This document shows positions 39,033 to 53,916 of a stretch of DNA of 64,000 nt, one piece after another (within the stretch, counting starts at the first letter, position 1; each line of letters begins with the position of its first letter). The notes beneath the pieces were generated by a model. It was not told the origin of the DNA. It did no database searches and worked only from the letters and a program-made list of their open reading frames with translations. The DNA is taken from contig JAQGDQ010000022.1 of NCBI GenBank assembly GCA_030141605.1, positions 806,001 to 870,000 of the forward strand, written 5' to 3'. Position numbers and translations under genes: made by a program. This DNA is from Tubiluchus corallicola. Lineage: Eukaryota; Animalia; Priapulida.

Positions 39033-41648
39033 GGCTGTATTTATGAGGCTTACAACAGTTTAAGATTAAATGCAAAAATAGCAAGCTTCTGAAGTGACAT
39101 TAAGAAAGTACTTATTTGGTGACTAGAATACGCTAAGTTGTTGCTAAATATTTTCATTTCCACGTGATAAAAATACTTTCTCACTTACACTTTTGGGGGG
39201 TCCATACTAAAACTGCATCCAACTTGAACAGGTTTGACAATTAGCAGATTTTCGTAGGTGTATGTCATTAAATGTTCATGTCATTGCGATTTTGTTAAGG
39301 AGCCATATGTAGCGAGCTTATGCATATCGCCCATGTAAAAAATAAACTATTCCTACCAACTAGGTTTACGTTTGTTTTAAATTCATATGCTTTGTGTGTT
39401 GAAAAGAAATCGTTTAATTACACAAATTCTACACAGTGTTCGTAGTATCTTTATATTTTAGTGGTAACGACTTTGAAAAAGAAACAAATACATTGTACAA
39501 TTGGTGCATTCTGATAGTAGACTTTACCATAGACTACTTATCACAGGCGAGCAACTGAGTCTTCATTTTCACGATAGTGAGTCGGTCACAGTTTCAAACG
39601 CCGTGTGGGCGTTTTTGGGATTTATCACTGAGTCGATGCATTTCTTTTAATAAAATCCAGTAATTTTCCTAACGGAAACAATAAAAAATGTACAATTTAG
39701 ACTGCTTCAATAAGTTAGTTTAAATCAACTACTGTGGTAAAAAATAGGCTTTGTGAAAATACAAGATCAGCGTTTTCAGTTTCTACTTTTAAGCTATCTT
39801 TTCCCCTTCAACTGCGCTTATTTATTCTGCTGCAATATTAGTACTAGCTAATCTTAAGTTGACCTAAAAGCAGTAAAAAGTACACCTAAAAGGGCTTCTG
39901 GTGTGATTTTTAGTATCCCTGGTACTTGATAACTGTATGGTAGCGTCACCTGCCAACGGAATTTGAAAACAGCGACTTTATAGAATTAAGTCTGTGACAC
40001 CGTGTTTGAGACAACCGGCGATAACAATAATGATTATATTGCAGTCAAACAAGTCATAGTGCTAACTAGCGACATCTATTAACCGAAAAGTGAAAAAGAA
40101 TATTATTATACAATAACATGTAGGTGAGATCTATATAATTATTTGCAAACAAATAAATTAACGAGCTACTTACTAAGTAATTAACCAACCAACCAACCAA
40201 CTAACTAATTAAGCAAGCTTAAAAAACAAATAAATCAAGAAACAAAATTAAATGGAACACATAAGGTGGAACTCTCATCTCAGTTAATTTTCAATCTAAT
40301 GAATGCCAGACTGCATTGAAGACTTTATGACAAACAACAACATGTTATTTATTTATTGAATTTCTGTCGTACGCAAAGTACAGTTCCTAATTAAAATATG
40401 CAACATATATAAAAAGTTTAAAAAATAAAATACAATATTAAAGACATGCACGGACTATAAACATATTTACAAGAGAATAATTTGACCTAAATAATTTAAA
40501 ACGCATTATTATCAAAAATGGAGGTCTTTAGACAAATGTAAAGTTAATTGCACTGCCATAAAACTCCTGTGCATATTTGCTTCATACAAATTTTTAATCG
40601 CGGTAATTGATTCATAATGGTTATTTTGCACTATTGATGATGATGATTTTTTAACTTGCCGAATGTAGAACACGTATGCATCTACATATGACATGCTTGC
40701 TTTCCTAAACTGGGTCCAATTCGTTTCTATGCATTTTGTTATTAAATTAGTAAATAAGAAAAGCCTACATGCCCACTCAGTAATCAACTTCAGTAATTTA
40801 TGAAAGCTCTTTTCTGGCTGGTTTTTTATCCAATTCTTTTTTAAATAACGACGTCAAGTTACAACAGAATTGAATAACAGCATTAACTAATAATTAAAAT
40901 CGTATTCGTGTTTTTTCCACCACGAGCGCTAGCGTCGTGGATCTAAAAAAAGTGAGGAGAACACACACGCTGAATTTTTCATTATGTCAGGCGTCCAGTT
41001 TTCCACTTTTTAATTCCTGTTAACTCTTGCAGGGTAAACACCTAGGGCATGGGCATTGATAATGGTGTGGTGAACAGTGACTTCGGACGAACTGGACATC
41101 GGTCAGCATTTCGATTATTATTCAAGATTTCCTAGGGCTTTGAACTAAATTCAATTGTTTTCGTTTCTATATAGATAATGTGGGGTAGACGTGTATATAA
41201 GATTTTAAAAAGCTGGGATTGTTTAAGGGGTAAGATAGGAGCCAAAATGCGCAGCAATGAATAACTCTAGAGCTATAATAAGTAGAGTCACGAAGACTGT
41301 TGGTGCAGAGGCCATAGTGACGCCAAAAAGCTGGGATTGTTTCCAATTTCAACATTTAAGGGTAATGCCATTTAAGCATGAAGACAAGGCCTTGAAGATA
41401 ACTTTGTATGGGAAGGTTCTTTTCTTCGCCTTTAGAAACCCGAGATTGGAACCAGAATGTATAACACTGAATAACTCTAAAACCACATAAACCATTGTAA
41501 CAAGTTACTTAACCATATTAACAGTCTACGTTGGCCTCACGCCAAAGTAAACTGCTGATTATCCACAATTACTGAAAAGCCACGTAATAAAATTTATATT
41601 ATGATATAGACCGATCTGAGATTTACTATTTGCTTATTAATATTCATC

Positions 41649-41822
<174 letters not shown>

Positions 41823-43475
41823 TTCGAGTTCTCGATTTCTCCTTTTGAATTCAAAATGACGACATTGACCTCAAAAAACCTAAAAACCTATACTTAAACC
41901 TGATCCAGTGAACGAATATGCTAGAAAAAATTTCGCATCTATTCTATTGGCAGTATTAGATTCCTGATCCATCATTTCAAATTCAGCAAATCAATCGACC
42001 AATATAGTTTTAGCCGTACTTGTTTCAAGCATTTAACAGTCTATCTCGTAATCTAAAATCTCTAATCTTCAAACGTAAATGCTCTGTACAATGTCAAAAT
42101 TAGTCCTACAATACTCAAGCGTATCAACTAAAGACGCTTCAACTTTTCAGTTATCAACTTTTTGGAACAAAAAGAAAAAAGTTTAAAAAATCACATTTTA
42201 TATAACAAGAACCATTGGATACACTTCCAAGAAGTAGAACAATTGACCGCATGATACTATGTGATCAATTGGTCAAATTGTAATAGACATATACAGAACC
42301 TTAAAAAAGTCAAAGTCACCACTATTGATTGGTATTAATTTATTAATATATAGTTGTTAATATATAGTATTAATGTTAGTATAAGTTATTAATTAACAAT
42401 ACATGAATCATTCTAGACTATAAGTTAATTTAAAAAATTGATGTAATTAGTTTGCAATTACTCTGGTGTGAGGAAACTAGCAGGTAAAAATGTTAGATCT
42501 CTTTCAGAACTACTAGAACTCAAATTAAGATCTAATTATTCATTAATCAGAAGTGATTATGTAGTATGTAACGGTTTAGAATGACGCGGTTCAAATCCAG
42601 GCTCAGACTTAACTTTTTCACTTTTACTTTTTTTGCCCAAGAATTATCTTTTGTTTCCATCGTTAATTAATCTTTGGCGCTCACTTGGTTGATAATGTTA
42701 TCATACTTATTGCAGAAAAATTATCTTGATGATTGGATCAATAATTAACAAAGTTAAAGCTATTTTGAATAAGCTGTTACAGTAGTCTGCTGAAATTGTA
42801 AAAGTAAAGTTTTTTTCTCTGAAGGTTTATTACTATACTAAACAGGCTTTTCTGTAATGAAATTTCACCAATTTAAAGAAATCGCATTCAGACGTCTTTG
42901 TTTGCTAAATTTGTTGCGTAAACAACCTGCGAAAACTACTGGCAGAGCTCTGCGGCTGAATCTCTTTAGACTCTTTTACACAACAATGTTCAATGAGCTG
43001 CACAATTTCACGAGGCGTTTTCACTTCAACGCCGTGTTAACGTAATTAAAGGAAACGCTGAGAAAATTGAAATGGAATTAATTTTGGGCAGCAAACAGGA
43101 GGTACTTGTGTATCAGTTACGCTGGCGTAACATAGAGTATCACTCCGCGTCAGTTTTGTCTGTCCGGCATAGAAATCGGCATGATGTAGGACCGCGCATT
43201 TGCCTCCAAACTCTTGTTAGCTGTCAAACCAGGATGATGGATCGAACTTCGATTGGCGGTCTTTTCTTCTGTCGGCTCTTTTTAATCTTCTAATTTCGAG
43301 AGCATTTAATTTGTCGCAGGCTACAGCCCAGATCCCAGCAAAACCAAAGATGTATATAGTACATTAAACCGACACCCGTCTACTGTGGCAAATAGTTCCA
43401 CAGCTACCATAGTATCAGGCAAATGTTTACTCTTATTCTCAGCCTACATAATAAACGCAATATAGTTAGCATTTT

Positions 43476-43670
<195 letters not shown>

Positions 43671-46600
43671 TAATTAGTTCGTATTATTCTGCAGTTTTTG
43701 CTAGATGTACAAGTAAATGACAGTTTATCAGAAATTCAACATTTGTGTAATAACGTAATAAGTGTAAACTTTCAATCAAATAAAAATATTTGAAGTCCGC
43801 AGAGCTAACCTAATTAAATTGTTGATGCGTTGTAAACTTAAATGAAATTACTTTAATTAGCGCTCTTGCTCGAGTTTGTTAACAAAACTAAAATTGTTAA
43901 AAATAAATTTAGAGCTATTAATGCGTGTCTGACATTTGACTTCTATACATTTATATATGCGACAGCTGTGAAAATTTTTCTGCGTAGGGATGTTAATTTT
44001 TTATGTTTTAACCAGTATAAAATGCCTACAAGAACTGTTAGACCCTGTAACTCTTAAAGTCTGTAATAAGATTCTCTTTCAGTAAAACAAATTCATTATC
44101 TCGAGAAATTATTTGTTCTAGCTATATTAAGTCAAGTAAAGCACCGTTCTCTAACCCATGATTAACACTACATGATAAAAAATAATCAAAACAAGCAACT
44201 ATTAATCACCTTGTGGGGCACCATCATTTATCAACGTATAAATCACCACTAGCAAAATTACGTTTTTCCTTTAATTAGCTCATTTTAACAATCGCTGTTG
44301 AAATTACGGTAATTGCGCCAAAAGCGACTGATACGCCGCCGCTTGGGTTTATAGCTACAGCTTAGCCTTACAACACACAAGGCCTGTATTATAGGCCCAT
44401 TACCACTATACTGATTCAGCTATATGATAGAAACGAATTTAATTGCACCACTTAGCCGCAAATTGCGTACAATATGGGCCGGTATTAAGGTGCTTGTGCC
44501 GCACGTTAGAACTTCTTCTCAGCAATCAATCATACTTTATCCCTAATTGGGATCCCATAAATCTTGACATGTAGTAATGAGTGCCATTTCTGCAATGCAC
44601 ACAAATTGAGCTTTCTGTTAGCGATATTAACACAGCCGCGTCAGAAATAAATAATAAATAGTTACCATATAAACACCTAGTAACGACAATAAGTAACGGA
44701 CAAGCAACGTAAATAGCATGAATATTATCGCAATGTGATATACTTTTTATGTTATACTGGTAGAAGTAAAAAAAACAAAGTGATTTCGAAACACACTAAA
44801 AAGTTTTTTTAAACAACTGTGCGCCTACGAACTTAAAAACAACATCTTTGTTTTTATAGGCTTATGAATGCGCATATTATATGATGAGCCGATAATACAG
44901 TTTCTCGTCATGCTGTTTCTTAATTATTAAAATTTATCATATTACCTACTGGTAAAAACACACTGCTGCATAATTTTTTGCTCGAATAGTATCATAATAA
45001 TAATAAGGTAACGCAAGTACAGGGTATTACTACAGTAACTGCATGACCTTTTGCTAGAAACAAAACGTTGAACAAGAAACGATTTACGATTTTACATAGG
45101 CCAAGACTTATATACAATGTAGACATATAAGTTTAACTATAGTATGGCTAATTGGCTATAAGATAACAGAGATGCTTGCGAACAACTCTTATTTTAAGTT
45201 GTTTGTATACGTAAATTTTGGTGGGCTTAAGCCTTAAACTTGCATTGTTTGTTTGCAAACATTATATTGTAACTCTCTGTTGTGTTTATTTTTCACTGTA
45301 CTTACTCATGGAGATGCAGAGATTTTACTAGATGCACTAAATTAAAAGGTTTCAAGAAAGAAAAAGAATGACATCGTACGAAAAGATTGTTTAACTCCTA
45401 TGATAATGAACCTAAACTTTGTATTTATACGAAAAATGTAATTAGACGCTGTACTTAAACAAAGCCTGATATAACCATGATTTTCTGATACCATGCCCAT
45501 TTCATGCGTGCTTAAATTTAGTCACACCTTCTAAATTTCATGTAAATTGCTCGGCTAAATTGTAAATTATAGGGTCTTGATACAGTCGCAAAGTTGCAGC
45601 TTATAATGAGCAGGCGGGGTGAGCTTCTGTAATTTGCTTTTTACCGACTGACCATGAGACACGGCAGCCTAGACGCAGGTAAACATCAAAGGAACTCAGT
45701 ACTAGTTTGGAAAATTCAACTTGAATAACAACTGTGAATAATAAAATATAATTTAGTTAGTTACAAGAAATATGTTTTAAAAAAACTGTCGATATAAATA
45801 ATAATAATAATAATAAAGACAGAGAAAAAACTTTGAGTTCATAAAAATGTAGATAAAACTACCTTTAGATCTTCTTGTTTAGGACCAGGCACTTTATCCA
45901 TCTACAACTTTAGAAACGACACAAATGTAAAATCTTACACCAATAGACCAATACTTTTTGAACTGCCTATGTTGTCTCGAGAAAAGTGCTAGAAGATGTT
46001 TAGAAACGCAAAATTTGAAGTTAAATTCAAATGTTAGACTGTACTACAATTTTCAGTTTGTTCTTTTGTGGTTACTTGGCATAAAAATCTTGTTGGTATT
46101 TTTTACAGAAAATATAACTCCGTTGTGAATATAGCGAATGCGCTTAACGTGTCTTCAAATACAGCAGTATAGTGTGAAAATGTATAACAAAGCTTTTTTC
46201 ACGATTTAATCATAATGTAACTTGTATGACTTTAGTTTTCTTTCACAGTATCTAACTCGCATCTAACACCTAGTGAAGAGGCTGGTAAGTTTGCACGCCG
46301 AGGGTTTTTATAGTCCAAGTCCACCAAAGCATGTATATGATAAATAATACATTTTTCATTATTTAAAAAGACTTAGCAATTATAGTGCCGCAACCAACAA
46401 CCAAGAAAAAAATTATGTTGACTTTAAAGCACAAAAAACAAGCCTAATGGCTAAGCTGCAAACAAGTAATATTTTATATAAGGGCAAACGTAGGTTATTT
46501 TTAATGCAGATTACAAAATTAAGCTTATTGTAATGGCAAGTTAAACTGCAATGCGTAAATTATTGCAAATGTATTTTTATAGAGGCACACGTTACCAGAA

Positions 46601-47494
46601 GTTTCAAAATAAGCGGTTCATTCTTAAGAATTTGCATAAATAAACCTCTAATAAACTTTATTCAGCCAAATATTTTATGATTAATTACGAATGCAAATTT
46701 TAAAATAAATAAATAAATTATTATTTGTAAAATAAATAAATATGTTAAATAAATTATAATTGTATGCTATGAATGAACAAAGACACGCGTATCTCCTTCT
46801 TTGTCTGTGATAGCAGCGTCGCATGTGTGCGACAATTTGTGTGTCATGTGTTTGACTATTGTCTTAGCAAATTGCGTTTAATTGCTGGATAATCTGAATC
46901 ATAATCTTTCTTTCTTCAATAAGTGCACGATTCTTCATTTACATACTGACAGAGCCAATACCAACTCTAAGGTAAGTCTTTGGATAGTTACATTGTACAG
47001 TTACCACGCGTCCATATAGGCTTACGGTATTCACTATAGAAAGGCATATGTTAAAGTTTAAACTAATGTTGATTTATTTCCACATGTTGTAATAATATAT
47101 ACAGCAATACAAAAACCATCATTTGTACTACTCCTATAAGTAAAGGAAAATAGCACTGACAGCTTGTCTAGTGAAATAATTTATGTATTATGACGAAACA
47201 GTATAAGGTAATAAAGGTACTACTTACATCTGCGATATACTAATTGCTGAGTCTCTGCCTGAAATTGTTATGTAACAGTTATGTAAGTGTAAAGCAAAGC
47301 GATTTTAAAATTGAAGCATTATCTTATTTTCACACAACCAGGTCACGTGACTCTTTTACGCCTAATTAATCTAATTGCAAAATAACCTAATTATAAGAAA
47401 CCAGTAGTTGAATGAAAATTTCAATAATTTGAACTAATTTTAATTACAAGAAAATTGAAGAAGTACACATCAATAATAGAAATTAATTATTTTG

Positions 47495-47850
47495 CTGCTA
47501 TGGTTTCTGCTTTTGCTGGTGCTGCTGCCATTGTTGCTGCTACTGCTGCCGCCCAGCTGCTGTCGAAGCAGTAGTAGGTCTATTTACTGTTGCTACTAGA
47601 CGTTTTTGTTGTTTATATTGCTGTTAAAGTCTTGCCGTTGTTGCCGTTGTTTCAGTAACAATAGGTGTTGTTGTTCATGGTAAACTGTTACTGTTGTTCT
47701 TGCTGATTCTGTTATTTGTGTTAATATCATCATCGTCATCGCCATCATATACCACTGTTGCTGTTGAAGTTGCTGTTGTTCCTTTGTTGCTGCTGTTGTC
47801 GTTTTTGTTATTCTCATTGTTGGTGTCGTACTGTTGTTGTTTGAACTGTA
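47495..47850 (+). repeat. Cryptically simple (GCT/GTT) region
   Basis: Degenerate triplets. Confidence 0.75.
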
Positions 47851-50800
47851 TTATAAATAATTATTTGTTTTTCTCAAGCGCTACACAAATGGTGTAGCCT
47901 GCGCATAGTCGATTTATATGTTGTATACTTAGGTGCAAAATCGCTGTTTTCCAAATTCCGTCTCCTGAGCATTCTGGACATTACCTGGTAGATGACACGG
48001 CGCACCTGTAATTTATGTAGTAATAATTAGTGTGACATCATCGCGTTAGCGCAATCTGCGGATCACCATTCAGGACCGGCCCAAGTAACTATAGGGCGGC
48101 GAACTTGTGGACTAATGCTAACCTCAGATCATTACAACACCATCAGACTCTGGGGGGAAAACACTACCACTTTACCAGAACTCTTGCTTACACGCAAAGA
48201 GCTTAAGCAATTAGAAACTACTTATAGTTAAAAGCCAGGCGGAACTACTAAAGACAAGGTGTAAGGTGACTTCAAACTTCACTGCCAAAACATAGGCATA
48301 CAATTACTAAGTATGGGAAGACACCGGAATTTCTGAATAAACGATGTAATGTGGCACAGTTGAGAAAAAGAATTTTACAAATTTGACCGTCATATCGCTT
48401 TCCGTTTTCTCATAACGTTCCTGTATGCCACGCATAATTATAAGAAATCCATACGTGATTGGGTTACGCGCGAATGAAAGGGCTCACGCCTCTGACCGAA
48501 TTTGTTTTGGTCGACTAAAGTGAATGGTTGGTTAAGCTAATTACCAACCCCGATACATTACAATCCCATTAAATGGATACCTCAGTTAAAAGTTAATCGG
48601 TTTCCTTTGATGTGTGCCGAAGTACAGGTATCACGGAAATGTGATGCGGGTATCCAATGAACGTCGCCATTACCAGAGTACACGTAATCATGATTATTAA
48701 TGCCCGCTCTTTATTGGCTCGAGACTACAATCAACTCAATTTATACTGATTTATCAGTGGTGTACTTAAGGCGTAAAATTAAAGATAATGTTACATATTT
48801 TCACACCAGCAATTTCATTTCTTACAATCATAACTAGCAAAGCCTCGTAAAAGTATTTTGGGAATTGCATAGCGTAACGAACGCTATTATTAGATTTACC
48901 TACCAATTGTCAATAAAGGGCCAACATTCCGTGTTATATTTTCCTTATGCAGTAACACCAATGAGCATTTTTCGTGAAAAGTGCTGGCGAAATGGCAATG
49001 CTGTAATCATCAATAACACAGTGGCGTATCACGGCGATGTTTTCCTCTTTCTTGCTTCTTCTTCTTCAATTCCTCCGCCTCTTCCCCTCCCATATATACT
49101 TCTACTACTTATTCTTCTTCCAACTTCTCTACTTTGTGTTTCAGGTTTCTCCCCACTTTTGCGTAGTCATCTTTGCCACCGCTACTATTGTCATCAACAT
49201 ACAAGAAAGCAGGTTAATGGCTTGGAATTAAAAAAACCAGCGACGACTCTTGACCACAATTTTCAGGTATTAGAAATCTTTCATTAATTCATGCATAACT
49301 AAAAGGAGATCACCATGGTTGCTTTTGTCATTATCAAATCATTATCAAGAGATCAACACCGATATGAGAGCTGCTCTTCCGTTAAAACCATCATAGCTGT
49401 CATCATGAAGCCCATAGGCAGCTGCACTAGAGGAGATTGATACTCATCTCAGCTTCCGTTAATTGTACTCGTGCAATTAGCCTTTCAATAATGTTGCAAA
49501 CAGTAATTATCGCCTGTATAATAAGAGCCCAATGATGGCAAACCTGCGAGACGCGTTATGGCTATAGACTTACACGTGGAAGCCATAAACATTGGGCACG
49601 TATAAATCGCTTCCACTTTGGATTAAGAAGGACAAACAAAAACAAGAAGCAAAATTTAATAGTTAAGAATTAACCAAGAAGTAGGAAAAATAAATAGAAT
49701 AAAAAGAGAAAGGAGACCACGAAAAACATTATTAAAAACATGACAAAAAATAAAGATCACGATGATTGCAATGATAGTCATAGCTGCGATGACGATGACG
49801 AAGACGATGACGACGACGACTACAAGTAAAAAACGGAAAAAAGAGCAGGCAGGTGTGGAAATGAGGCAGAAGTTTGAAAAATGTAAAATAGAAGACCATG
49901 ATAATAAGAAAAAAATGACAAGATTGGAGATGAAATAAGTATATAATTTTATTCACTGTAACATGATTTCTGTGTTACTATAGAGGTACACACAATGCGT
50001 TAAAGTTAAAAGATATTAACTCAGACTGAAGAGAAGGCGAAAGGCATTTTCTGCAATACTAAGCATAGTCCACCAGACTTTCATGCAATACACCTGTTCA
50101 ACAAAGCCAACCGACTAATCTCACCTGAGACACAACGTCGAGATAATCACTATAAAATCACTTTAACAATAAACAAGACAAAACATGGCGATTTTATCAT
50201 GTGCATCAACCATGCGATTCCCACAAGAGTTGCTGATTACAGTCCAATTAAACCTTTAATGGCTTAGAGTGTCAGACATTGTGTGCTGAAATTAAATTCG
50301 ACTGGCTTCCTAGTAAATGAGGGTTCTACTCGGTGACAATGATTACAGGAAAGCGACAAAGGAAGCCAGGCTGTCCTAAAGATTTATTTGTGGCCTGATA
50401 TTATCTGTTCTGAGCTGCTTAATCCTTTCGGATTATCGCCATTATCTATGGCACTTATGAAAACATCTCAATGTGGAAAAATGAGTTTTTAATTGAAAAG
50501 GCAAACAACGTAAATGGGTAAAGTATCTAACGTGTAAACAACACGCGTAAATTATGGGACTGTACATAATCAAGTACTGTTGATGGTTCATTTCACAAGC
50601 CAAAGTGGAATTCTCTTTTAATAGAAATTATTAGTTAGCGATGACTAGGTGTCATGTATAAAATGCTAAACAGCCAATTGGTGAAATTTCAAAAAAGAGG
50701 TGTTCAGAAGTAAAAGGTCTGAAATATGAACTAAAAATGTTTCTTTGTTTTTTGTTAAATAGCGTACCTATCCTGACTGCGCGTCACTTTTAAAAAAAAG

Positions 50801-52149
50801 TTGTCGCGTAGTCGTCAGCTTGTAGAACTATGTCAGCAACTGTTGTTAGAAATAGGTTTAAATTTCTCCTCATCATCTGCTTTATCATCAGAGTCTTAAG
50901 ACGGCACTCGTAAAATTAAAATTGAATAAGAATAGATAAAAAATTGGGCATGTTTTTCAACCCGGTGGGTGGTTCCAACATACAGTGTGAAGCTAATTCC
51001 CGATTATAGTAAAATAAGTATCATACTTATTTAAGAACGAAGCTCTTCAGGAACATAAGACCTTCGATTTTATGACAATAACGTTTATAACGTTTACATC
51101 TTTCCGCACCGCAAATTTTTGTCTATATGTGCATACATATGTATATATATATATTGGATATTGGTTGTCATATTGGTCACAAATGCCAGGATCACAAGGT
51201 AACGCTAGAATGTCTAACTATATGTCCCACTCCTTTAGAGACCATTAATGAGAACTTCATTTTGCAAAAGATAATGCGACGCCATTTTGAATATAGCTTA
51301 CTGGAAACAATAAAGAAAAGATCGCGTGGTCAATTTAGTTAAAACCAAACAATTTTCCTGTAATAGTGCGTGTTCCGTTTTGATTCATGATCCGACTGTT
51401 TTGCAAATTGTCACCATGAGACACCCTGGGTGGCCATAAATTGGCTACTATGGAGACAGTATCAGTATCTACATTAAAGGCTCCCTTTAAAACGTTTAAA
51501 CCTGAACGTAAACAAGTTTAGCCTTATTTAAAATAAAACAATTTAAGTTACGTCAAAAATAATTTAAAATAAATTTTTTATCACTTATTCAAAATGGGAA
51601 AAGACCTTGCACCCAAATTAGGGTAAATTCACATTCACTCAAGTTTTTTATGCATGTACACTTGACTACACAAACAAGTAAATACATGGCTATATATGCC
51701 TTTGAATGTGTATATAGTTAAATGCTTAACCACTTCATACAACTAATACATGTTGTACGTACCTAATACATGTTGTCGCACCTACACAATTTTAATCATT
51801 ATTGTACCTAAAGTGACTTAATTATACATGTGACTACATGTTTACGAATAATTAATGTCATGTTACGCAGCTAAAAAGATGAGAAGCAGAATACAATGTA
51901 GCTTCAAAATGAAAAAAAAGTCAAAATGGCAAATGGAATGGAAATGGTATATATCAGAATTTTACTCTTTATAAAATAAAAACAAAAAATTGGCAAAATA
52001 TATAATTAATAGCAAAAAATTCTTTAAAACGATTTATTTACTGCAATGTTGGGTCAAATATTAAAAACAAGAATGGAACGATAATGGGAAAACAAGAAAA
52101 AACTAAGTTGAATGTCAAACGCGGTTAAACAGTTAAAATCACTACTGTA

Positions 52150-52300
52150 ATTCATTGTTTAGAACTTTTTATTAAAGTCTTTTAAGGACGCAAATGCTTT
52201 GATGTTGTCAGAGAAGGAGTTCCAAATTTTAGGGCCTAAATACGCAGATGACTTAAGACCATATTTTACACTTTGGGATTTGAAACAGGCTATGTTTACG
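52150..52300 (-). mobile_element. CR1/L2-type LINE ORF2 C-terminal fragment
   Basis: KYGLKSSAYLGPKIWNSFSDNIKAFASLKDFNKKF matches the typical CR1/L2 ending 'YGxxSxxYxGPKIWNxLPxxIKxxxSLxxFK'. Confidence 0.8.
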
Positions 52301-53514
52301 GAGAAAGTAAGCCACTGTTTTACGTAAGAGTAAATCTGGTATAAACGCTGGAGAAATTTTATTAACTGCTTTCTAAATTCCAACAGCTACCTAGTGTTCG
52401 TTTTTCTTTCACTGCAGACAACAACATTAGTTAGGATTTCCACTAGTGACTAAGACAATAATTCTGAATTTTAATGGAATTCAAATATTATTGGCTTGGA
52501 AACGATATAATAAGGAAGCTGCGGTACGTAAAGAGAGTACCTAGTCGACCCTCCCTCTCTAACCTTTCACCCGTCCCCTCCTGTTCTCCTCTGTATATGC
52601 ATTGTCTTTTCCTGTTTACAAGGAAAGAGTTAGATAACAAAAGTGAAGCATTAATTGAGTTGGCAATAAACGTATTTTAAAATATGTTAAAAAACATTCT
52701 TTAGAAATCACCATTCTGAAAGCCAAAGACGAGCACCATAAGGATTTAAAAAATAACATAGTTTTCGGATTAAGTTATCAAATCTCCAAAAAATTTGAAT
52801 GAACGTTGTGACAGTACACTGCGTACTAAACTATTTCGTGATTTTTGTTCTGTCTAACTTTTTTATTTAGTTAATTAATAGCAATTTGTTGTATTTCAGC
52901 TGCTTCAAAATTACCTTTTTGCGGATTGTTAAACATACTTGTCTATTTTGGTAGGCATAATTTTTGTTGTACTCAAATAGCACCTCTTTTTTAAATTACT
53001 CTTATAAGACAGCCAACTTGTTTATTGTGAATTTCGCTAATGATCAATTTTATTGATCATTAAACATTTTACACTGAAAAGGTGAACTGTGTGGCAACTA
53101 TAGCAATGGCTCATTACGCTACATAATTGATGAGCCCCTACTCTTGCGGTATATCATAAAAAATCGACTAGAGTTTTATTATAAATTTGAAATCAATTTC
53201 TGAAATGGTACGTTTGGATGCATCCCGCACTTCGGTTAAAATAATTTGCGTTGGTAACACCTATTAGAGGTTATTTATAAGCGGATGATTGCGCTTCACC
53301 GGTTCACAATAGCGCAGGTTTCAAGCGAAAATTTGTGTATGGAAATTAGCTGTGATACCGCACCTTCATTGTGCGGCTAAACTGAACACACTCAGCCACG
53401 CTCACTTCAAGTCACAAAGTCAAACCAGTAATTGTTGCTGCCGAAATCAGCGGAACTCGACCATTTTGGCAAATAATGCCCAGATGAGGATTACTGCCAC
53501 ACTAAACCAATCTG

Positions 53515-53585
53515 TATCACTTAAACGTGGCATTTGACAATGGTGTTCCACAAGGTTCAACGTTAAAACCTATATTGTTTAACGA
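53515..53585 (+). mobile_element. Short LINE reverse transcriptase fragment
   Basis: LNVAFD immediately followed by [15 protein letters not shown] (the KAFD and GVPQGS motifs juxtaposed, implying an internal deletion). Confidence 0.7.
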
Positions 53586-53609
53586 AAGCTAAAGTTAAGC
53601 CAGTACAGA

Positions 53610-53916
53610 TAGGTAGGTAGGTAGATAGGTAGGTAGGTTGGCAGGTAGGTAGGTAGGTAGGTAGGTAGGTAGGTAGGTAGGTAGGTAGGTAGGTAGGTAG
53701 GTAGGTAGGTAGGTAGGTAGGTAGGTAGGTAGGTAGGTAGGTAGGTAGGTAGGTAGGTAGGTAGGTGAATAGGTAGATAGGTAGGTAAGTAGGCAGGTAG
53801 CGAGGTAGGTAGGTCAATAAATAAATAGGTAGGTATGTAGGTAGGCGGGTAGGTATGTAGGTAGGTTGGTAGGAAGGTAGGTAGATAGGTAGATATGTAG
53901 GTAGGTAGGTATGTAG
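53610..53916 (+). repeat. (GGTA)n microsatellite with degenerate flanks
   Basis: Directly visible. Confidence 0.96.

Noticed and set aside
40912-40945. CCACGA-GCGCTAGCG-TCGTGG hairpin as a Helentron terminus
   Set aside because: No matching second end or second copy found in this window.
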